Of a stretch of 33,115 nucleotides of DNA, positions 25,191-33,115 are shown piece by piece. The notes below the pieces were generated by a model. It saw nothing but the letters and a program-made list of their open reading frames with translations. It did no database searches and was not told the origin of the DNA. The position numbers were made by a program, and so were the translations under genes. The first letter of the stretch is position 1. Each line of letters starts with the position of its first letter. The stretch comes from Kipferlia bialata (Eukaryota): contig BDIP01000081.1 of NCBI GenBank assembly GCA_003568945.1, forward strand, positions 1 to 33,115, in the 5' to 3' direction.

Positions 25191-26172
25191 ATGGACATCA
25201 GTATGCCACACTCTGTACGTCAGAGTCTCTGTGGAGACTCTCCACTGGAGAGAGTAGGGATGAGCATTCACCCTTGCGACTGTCACATATGAATGAACAG
25301 GTGCGTACAGTGTTCAAAGGTAGTATGTACAGATATGATACCCTCACACCAGACTGACATGACGAGTGGTGTCAACATAGTCTCTGCCCTTCTGGACAAT
25401 GCCACGGACAACAGGGATAGGTGGCATCGGGAGGTGCGGGGAAAGTCTAACACCCCTGATACCGTTGAGGAGGGAATGTGAATAGACGTCCGTCGCCTAC
25501 CTAGCTCATAGGCCTAATCCTATATAGGCAGTGCCTATATAGGCACAAATTGCGCGTTTGTAAATTATGATTGAGAGACCATGATTCACACCTGCATGTC
25601 TGTCGGAACTGGTAGTGGGAAGTGTACCAGTCTTCATAATACATGGACTGTAGAGTCTGACGTATATTCTCGTCAGTTCCCCAACATCAAAAACCGGAAA
25701 ATTCACTAGACCCTTTGTTCCTTGCAAATGTATCACTGTCTAGCGACAGCACTTTATCTGACCTGGGTTCTTGAGTTACACAGCGTTACCGTCTCACTGG
25801 GTGCGCAATACTATCTGCTCCTCCTATGCTTGCATTTATCCCCCCCTCCCTGTCTCTGAGACAAATCGTCAGCAAAACCAAGCTCAATGATAATGGTCTC
25901 TCTCAGATATCCCGTCTAGTGCATAATTGGTCTCCATATATATGCATAATTAGTCTCCTTAAACCTTCCCATAACAGATATTCTGTGTGTTTCCCCCCCC
26001 CCCTCCCCCTCTTCTTCCCACTCCTCTCCCTCTCCACCCTGACATGCTCTGTCTCTCTCTCTCTCTGCCCCTCCAAACCCCAGGGAACTAGCATCCAGTT
26101 AACTCCATCAATCTCATCTTCTGCTGCCCACCCCCTGCTACCAAGGTCACCCTTCTCCCCCATCATCCCATC

Positions 26173-27524
26173 ATGCCGCGCCCTATCACTATCGAGGACC
26201 TTCTAGGTGCCTACGACAAGGTGCTAGCCCTAGAGTCTACAGATACAGAGGGACTAGGCCGTATAAGACCAGTCCCTCTCACTCACAATGTGTGTTTTGA
26301 CCTGGCGGGGAGGCGCTTCCTTGAGTTGGTGACTACGAATGAAGGGCAGCAGAGACTCTCTGTAGCAGAGAGTGGGTACACACCTTGCCCCTTCCCACAC
26401 AACATAGACAGTGGATGTGTGCACGAGGGTATCCTGTACCTGTACCTGAACAAGGGGTCTGTCAGGCTGTACCAACTGGACTCAGGTGGGGCCTCTATCG
26501 CGCTGTCATTGAGTCTATGACATAGGCCCTCATGCAGACAGACTCTATCTCTAATAGGCCGTATGACATGTGTGGGTCTGTAGACACTATTTGCAGTAGT
26601 GATATCTTCACTGTGCCAAGTGTACTGAGTATAACCATATAACACCTCATCCCAGATATGTGGTCTGAGTTGACAGCGGACACCGTGCCGGCTCGCAAGG
26701 GCCCTGACGACTATGTACGTTTGCCCACCTGCATGTATGCTTGTCTTCAATACTCCTTATTTATCAACTCAATCGGCAGGTGTTCGCTTCCTGCGGCGGT
26801 CAGCTATACCTGCTACAACGACACCGCTCAGGTGTCAAGGTTCACATCATAGACACTGATCAGAACCCCCCGTGCTTCAGAAAGCCTGTGTCCCTGACAC
26901 TAGACTCCAATGGTGGGTATCTCCCTCTGATCCTCGTGGAATATCTATGTGAATGTTATTATGTGTCGTATGTACTCTTTATCACACCCCTCTCTTAGAA
27001 CAGAGTATACAATGGAGGACTTGTACACCGGAGAGCAGCTCTGCATTAGACTCAGGTCCATGAGGGATGAGGTGACGTTCAGCCACTCTGCGAGGACTGG
27101 GTGGGATAGAGACTCCTATCTGTCACTAACTGCCCCATACAGTTACTTCAAGGTGGTCATCAACCCCACCCCACCCTGCAGTGGCTCCACAGTCCTCAAC
27201 CCTAGCATTCCGGTGCTTGAAAAGGGCCTGACAACATTTGACCTGGTCAGCAGGGAGAGGAGGGCCATTTCTCCCATGTCCTTAGACGTCACAGACATAT
27301 GCAGAATGACGCCCTCCTCATTTCTCGTGGAGGTGTTGAGGTGTGTCACATACTATTTGTTAGCCTTTCCGCTTGTGTAAATACAATTCACTGAATACCC
27401 AGCCAGTTTCATACTCTTTTGACACAGGAACTACTACCAAGACAAGGTCTGGTACTTGTGTCACATCAACCACGCACTCATTGAGAGGGAAGCAGGAGTA
27501 CTCTCGAGAGAGGACTTCGTCTAG
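26173..27524 (+). CDS. Hypothetical protein, beta-strand rich, possibly a kelch-like or beta-propeller family member; 5 exons
   Basis: MPRPITIEDLL...GILYLYLNKGSVRLYQLDS|DMWSEL...|VFASCGGQLYLL...|EYTMEDLY...TTFDLVSRERRAI...FLVEVLR|NYYQDKVWYLCHINHALIEREAGVLSREDFV* splices in frame through four GT-AG introns. The G-x-LY-L...D...W repeats suggest propeller blades (inference). Confidence 0.7.
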
Positions 27525-27792
27525 AGAGGAGAGAGAGGGAGAGAGAGAGAATGGGGTCATAGGGTACGCAGACAGCAGACCGGCGAATACACACCTGACA
27601 ATAACATATGACCCATTGAATAGATCTATGGCGTACGTTGTTTGTTCCTAATATTCACCATATATGGATAGATATTCTTGTTACGGGTTACGGGTTCCCG
27701 GCAAACCCTGTCAGTGCCAAGAGTCTGCTTAACGTTTTTGCACTACACCCTTTGTGGTGGTCCTTGGTGTTATTGGTGGTCTCTTATACCCA

Positions 27793-27891
27793 TCATACCG
27801 TGTTTACTAGGTTATCCAGGTGAGTCCAATAGGAATCAGAACCCTGAATTGTGTCCTGGCTGCGTTGTGAGAAGGTATGGTGTGTCTCTGA
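27793..27891 (-). CDS. Possible terminal exon of a minus-strand gene whose remainder is in the gap
   Basis: On the minus strand a poly-C tract is followed by candidate acceptors (cctcag, ctcacaacgcag) and a short open frame ending ...HLDNLVNTV*. Frame and identity are unknown. Confidence 0.3.
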   Translation of the reverse strand, partial: SETHHTFSQRSQDTIQGSDSYWTHLDNLVNTV

Positions 27892-27937
27892 CTGAGGGGG
27901 GGGGGGGGGGGGGGGGGGGGGGTTTTTTTTCAGTTTT

Positions 27938-28622
27938 NNNNNNNNNNNNNNNNNNNNNNNNNNNNNNNNNNNNNNNNNNNNNNNNNNNNNNNNNNNNNNN
28001 NNNNNNNNNNNNNNNNNNNNNNNNNNNNNNNNNNNNNNNNNNNNNNNNNNNNNNNNNNNNNNNNNNNNNNNNNNNNNNNNNNNNNNNNNNNNNNNNNNNN
28101 NNNNNNNNNNNNNNNNNNNNNNNNNNNNNNNNNNNNNNNNNNNNNNNNNNNNNNNNNNNNNNNNNNNNNNNNNNNNNNNNNNNNNNNNNNNNNNNNNNNN
28201 NNNNNNNNNNNNNNNNNNNNNNNNNNNNNNNNNNNNNNNNNNNNNNNNNNNNNNNNNNNNNNNNNNNNNNNNNNNNNNNNNNNNNNNNNNNNNNNNNNNN
28301 NNNNNNNNNNNNNNNNNNNNNNNNNNNNNNNNNNNNNNNNNNNNNNNNNNNNNNNNNNNNNNNNNNNNNNNNNNNNNNNNNNNNNNNNNNNNNNNNNNNN
28401 NNNNNNNNNNNNNNNNNNNNNNNNNNNNNNNNNNNNNNNNNNNNNNNNNNNNNNNNNNNNNNNNNNNNNNNNNNNNNNNNNNNNNNNNNNNNNNNNNNNN
28501 NNNNNNNNNNNNNNNNNNNNNNNNNNNNNNNNNNNNNNNNNNNNNNNNNNNNNNNNNNNNNNNNNNNNNNNNNNNNNNNNNNNNNNNNNNNNNNNNNNNN
28601 NNNNNNNNNNNNNNNNNNNNNN
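27938..28622. other. Assembly gap (685 N) flanked by poly-G and poly-C
   Basis: Run of N. Confidence 1.
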
Positions 28623-28738
28623 TTTTCTTTTTCGGTTTTTCTCCCCCCCCCCCCCCCCCACTCTCCATTGTCTGATGTCTCATATTTGCTGGTCACATAT
28701 CGGAATGTAGACGTTTCCGTCCTATATACCCACCCCAG

Positions 28739-29896
28739 CGAGACTGACCTTGATGAAGTGGTGCAGACCCCAGTGGTGTTCCTGAATGTGGCCAGGTGAA
28801 TACAATGGAGAATAGTAACATTGAGATACACATATGATACTGTCTGACTCTTGGTCTCTCTCACCTGCAGAGGCCTCTCAGCATCGACAGAAGATATCCA
28901 CAAGGCATTTGGCGATGAAATGACCGAAGAGCAGTTGGTGAAGGTACAGTGAGGTTTCCTGTATGTATCGTATATTATATGCCCTAACAATCCCTCTCCC
29001 CCCAGCTGATTCTGTCGAGGGGAGATGCCCAGGTCACAAACCAGGAGAGAAAGGCACTCATAGAGTCAAGGTGAGAGAAAGAGGGGGTATATAGTGAAGG
29101 GATGTACCATTGCCGTGGTCTGGATTTGTTACGCGTTGTCTACCGTTTTAGGAGGTCATTCATACCTATTCACATATCCGATGACTCTTCACGCCCTCAC
29201 CCCCAGGATCCGCGAGGTCTCTACGCTTGTGTCCCAGCGCACTGTGAACCCTCTGCTCCAGCCCCCCGTGCCGTACCCCGTGCCTGTCATCAGACGGGCC
29301 ATGACAGAGCTCCTGTCCTACAGGGTCAACTTCAGGTACACTTGGGAGAGGCTCTTTATGCAGGTAGTATATAATCCCCGTTCTCACCCCCTAGGCAGCC
29401 CGTGTCTGCCCAGGCTGCCTATGTGATCAAGAAGCTGAAGGACCTGGTGCCCCTAGAAGAGGTGGGTGGCACTAAAATGGATGAGTGCGTTTTGTACCCT
29501 TTTTATCACACTCATTTCTTCCCCCATGTCTTTGCCCCATACCCCAGGCCCAGATGCTGGTGTCTGTCGAGCTGCCCTCTGCCCAGATGCAGGGGTTCCT
29601 CGCAAGCCACAAGGACACAGTGGGTACGGGGTAGATGTATACACACATGTCCCTCAGTCACTGTATGTCTCACCCCCAGAGGTCCTTGGCCGCCCCGCGC
29701 ACTATGGCGACACCGCTGTGGTGCAGGTGCTGATAGAGCCGGGTCTGTTCAAGTCGATCAAGGACACGGTGGCAGCGGTCGGGAAGGTGCGTCGGGTTGA
29801 CTTGGACTGTGTTATGATCCCTGAGATATACTGCCCTGTACTGACCTACAGGGACTGGGAACTGTCCAGCTACAGAAGACATTCACAAGTCGGTGA
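28739..29896 (+). CDS. SBDS: Ribosome maturation factor SBDS/Sdo1, 5'-incomplete (N-terminus in the gap)
   Basis: Spliced product ETDLDEVVQTPVVFLNVAR|GLSASTEDIHKAFG...|LILSRGDAQVTNQERK...|IREVSTLVSQRTVNP...PYPVPVIRRAM...|QPVSAQAAYVIKKLKDLVPLEE|AQMLV...VLIEPGLFKSI...* matches SBDS hallmarks (DLDEVLQ..VF.NV, IL.KG..Q....ER, NP....Y....I..AM, Q...VI..L...PI..A.M, IDPG.F). Confidence 0.95.
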
Positions 29897-30290
29897 TACG
29901 GGCCTATACCTGTTTTCAGACATTACTACGGTATTTCTGTCACTGAACATACATTGTGTGTCTCGTGTCAGTTCGTGTTCGTTTTCGTGTTCGTTCTAAC
30001 AGACGACCGGAGACGAGTTACAAGGAAGAGTTATACTGTTCATCTTACGTCAAATGATTGTTCAGGGTTCGTTACAGGTTCAACATCCATAAAGTGTTGT
30101 ATCGTAGGAATGCGTCACACAAAGTTGATTACATTTGCAGCTGACACCGCCAGCCTAATCAGGCTGGGCCCCTGGGTTGATTCTTTTCTACACCCTTTTG
30201 GACTTTTTGCAAAGTAAGGGTTTATTGTTTTACCTTGAGATCGATGTCATGCTTCTTGGCCTCACTCACCTCTTCAGTGGACAAACTGAG

Positions 30291-32415
30291 ATGTTTTCGT
30301 TCAGGGTACGCAACAGTGTGTCTAGTGAGAGTTTTGTATTGTGTGTGTGTGGTGGGTGCTAGGTTCTGAGGTGTAGGGTCTGTTAGAGCTCGAATCGTTC
30401 ATACTACTTTGGCCCTTGTTCACTTAACGTGCTTGGAATGTTCTCTTCGTGACCCAACCCTAGTGATTATTTTAGGAGTGGTGTGTATATATCTCCGAAC
30501 TCCTAGTATTTTGTGGTTCCACGCTGTATATGAGTAGTGTGTCGTTGTGTTGCCGCGTCCTGTCCTCTCTTCCTCTTCATCCATAGCCTCACCCCAGGGC
30601 ACTGCATCTGACCAGGATGGTCGGTGGCAGACTGCCATGAAGAAGACAGAGAAGAGGGACAACCAGGTGCGTGGTGTTATTGGGAATTTTCCACGAGTGT
30701 GTGAATGCAGTGTTGACCCTCTTCTCTCTTTTCGCCATCTCACCCCAGACCCACCGGTATCCCTCCATCTTCTCAACCTCCGTGGACTTCAGCAAGGTAT
30801 GGCCTACAGGGAGGGGATGAGTCACGCTGTTCACTTCTATTATATGCTTGATATGCCCCCCCCCCCTGTCCCCACCCCAGGTCAACATGGAGACGCTGTC
30901 CCACTGGGTGCAGCTGAGGATAGCTAGGGCCCTGGGGGAGGCGTCGGACATCATATCCATGACATGCGTCAACCACCTCAAGGAGCCAAGGCCAGACCCC
31001 AGGAGGTATGTGGCCATAAGATACTACACCCGTATGTGTGTATATACTGCCTTACCCCAGGCTGTACCGCAACATGGAGCCCTTCCTGGCTGGTGAGACA
31101 CGTAACTTCATGAAGAGGCTGTGGCAGGTATGGAGTGGTGACTGCGTTGTATCTGTCTAGACTCTCTCTTACTCTATCTTTCTGTCTCTCTCTCTCTCTC
31201 TCTCCACCGTTCTTCTTTCCACCTTACTCCAGGTGTGCATTGAGGCTTCCACATCCGAGGACGGCATTGGAGCCAGTATCGGAAAGGTATGGCATTGTCA
31301 ATCTCTATATGTGGATATATACAAATGTATCATCCTCTCCACCTCTACCCCCTCTTGTGCCCACCCCCAGGACTGGCAGAAGAAGCTTGACCTGGAGAGG
31401 CAGAAGGCAAAGGAGGAGGCCGAGAGGAAGGAGGCGGAGAGGCAGGCATTCCTCGAGCAGAAGAGGATCGAGAGGGAGAGGGAGAGAGAGAGAGAGAGAG
31501 CCATCGAGGCTGAGAGGAGGGAGAGGATCCGCAGGGACAGGGAGATGGAGAGGGAGAGAGAGAGAGAGATGCGCAGCAGGAGGAGAGGCAGCCCCCCACC
31601 ACGTGGCAGGTATAGTCACAATTCATCTTTCCATTGTGTGTGCACCCCCCCCCCCCACCATCCTCACTCCTAGGTACAGAAGCCCCAGCCCAGACAGGAG
31701 ATTTGGGCGCAGAGGTGGTTCTCCTCCAAGGTATTGATTGAGTGGCATGGGATGCCCTTGTATGAGATTATGACCCCCCAATTTGACGCCTTCTTATGCC
31801 AGGGAGAGGTACGACAGAGACAGGAGGGGAGGCTCCTACAGGGAGAGAGACAGAGACTACGACAGGCGTGGCAGGGACAGGGAGAGAGAGGACAGGGACA
31901 GAGATGGCCCCAGGCCCCCTGCCAAGAGGCAGGAGAGGGAGAGAGAGGGCGAGAGGAGGCCCGAGGAGGGTGCCATCACACCAGAGGTATGGATATGCTG
32001 CATATATATATATATGCTGGCCCCAATCCTCGTATAAACATTCACCCAGGCACCCGTTGAGTCCGACACCCGGGCCCCCTCCCCTCCCCCCGAGCCTGCT
32101 TCCCCCAGGGGATCCCCCCCTCCCCCCGAGGTGGAGGCCCCAGCCAGGAGTCCCCCTGCAGAGGTGGAGGCAGAGGTGCCACGCTCCCCAAGGCGCAAGA
32201 GAGAGGCAGACAGAGAGAGAGAGGAGGACGACAGGCGCGATGAGAGGGACACCCGTGGCCGCTCTCCCCGCCACTCCCCTCGCAGGCGTACCAGGAGCGA
32301 GGAGAGAGAGGAGAGGATGGAGAGGGAGGACCGCCTGAGGGCCAGGGAGCCCGAGGTGGAGCAGGAGAGAGAGGACTCCGAGTCCTTCGACCTCGACGAC
32401 TCCGACGAGGAGTAA
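30291..32415 (+). CDS. SRRM1: PWI-domain, Arg/Glu/Asp/Ser-Pro-rich splicing coactivator, SRm160/SRRM1-like
   Basis: Spliced product MFSFR|GTASDQDGRW...VDFSK|VNMETLSHWVQLRIARALG...DPRR|LYRNMEPFLAGETRNFMKRLWQ| matches the SRm160 N-terminus and PWI domain (FFRGTSAEQDNRF, VDMSKVNL..IKPWI..R, L.GFL...FM.ELW). It is followed by RE/RD/RSP low-complexity exons and ends at TAA 32415. The start exon 30291-30305 is inferred. Confidence 0.9.
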
Positions 32416-32711
32416 GGGGGCATCTTGTAGTACAGATAGAGCATTTTGCAGTGAGTGCTATCAATATGGGATGTAGGTCTATTAGTTGTTGTTACGTGTT
32501 GTTACCACGTTCATTTATTGTTGGATATATCGCACCTGACGGAATCCCACAGCTGTTGGCCGGCCCAATGCAGTGACTTGTTTTGCGGTTTTTGCTTGAC
32601 AAATTGACAAATTGACAAAAGGGTTCTTATTCTTGAACTTGAATTCTGGTTGGCAGTCTCTTCAGTTTGGAGTTCCTGTGTTCTTGTGTGCTCTGTGTTG
32701 CGTACATAGAT

Positions 32712-32957
32712 ATGTCTCAATCGTCTAGCGGTTGGGATGGGATGGTTCGCACCGTAGGGGCCCCTGCCCCTGCCCTGATGGGTGACCCTGCCGTCAAGAG
32801 GTGGGCAACACAGCCCCTCTCCCCATACCACTTCTCCCTCTCCCAGAGCCTCCGGGCCGCAAGGGGCGGGGGTGGGGAGCATGCTACTAGGGGGGATGGT
32901 ACTGACGGGTCTGACGACGTGTGTCTCAATCTGAGCCGTGCCCTTGTAAAGCATGAG
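32712..32957 (+). CDS. First exon of a hypothetical protein, truncated by the scaffold end
   Basis: MSQSSSGWDGMVRTVGAP...RALVKHE is followed by a consensus donor GTGAGT and then an intron-like TA/C-rich tract. Confidence 0.55.
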
Positions 32958-33062
32958 GTGAGTCATTGATTCAGTGACTCTTCCTCCACATATTCACATA
33001 TAGATATATATATATATATGCCTATGTTTATATGTCAGATTCCTTACATCTCTCTCGCAACT

Positions 33063-33071
<9 letters not shown>

Positions 33072-33114
<43 letters not shown>
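33072..33114. repeat. Poly-C homopolymer at scaffold end
   Basis: Run of C seen directly. Confidence 0.95.
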
Positions 33115-33115
33115 T

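Noticed and set aside
20898..28990. Long ORFs in the track that span the N runs
   Set aside because: They are artefacts of translating assembly gaps.
1..33115. CRISPR arrays, tRNA/rRNA genes, transposase or reverse transcriptase ORFs
   Set aside because: I recognised no regularly spaced repeats, RNA gene signatures, or DDE/RT motifs. Small ncRNAs cannot be excluded by eye.

Overview
Eukaryotic, intron-rich genomic scaffold. Introns are short and spliceosomal (mostly about 40-130 nt, GT..AG), with a branch-point-like YTNAC just upstream of the AG, and poly-C/poly-G tracts mark both scaffold ends and both N-gaps. The standard genetic code fits: TAA, TAG and TGA all end genes. The style resembles a free-living metamonad such as Kipferlia, which is inference only. 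About 20 kb (1087 to >21329, minus strand) is one spliced gene for a very divergent dynein heavy chain. Its AAA1 and AAA2 Walker motifs look degenerate, only the AAA3-like module keeps GKS plus an acidic Walker B, and no canonical coiled-coil stalk is evident. The plus strand then carries a multi-C2H2 zinc-finger gene (with an apparent GG-AG intron and a structured intron), an orphan beta-rich protein, an SBDS/Sdo1 ribosome maturation factor, a PWI-domain SRm160/SRRM1-like splicing factor and the first exon of another gene. All domain calls come from manual splicing and motif recognition, with no database search.
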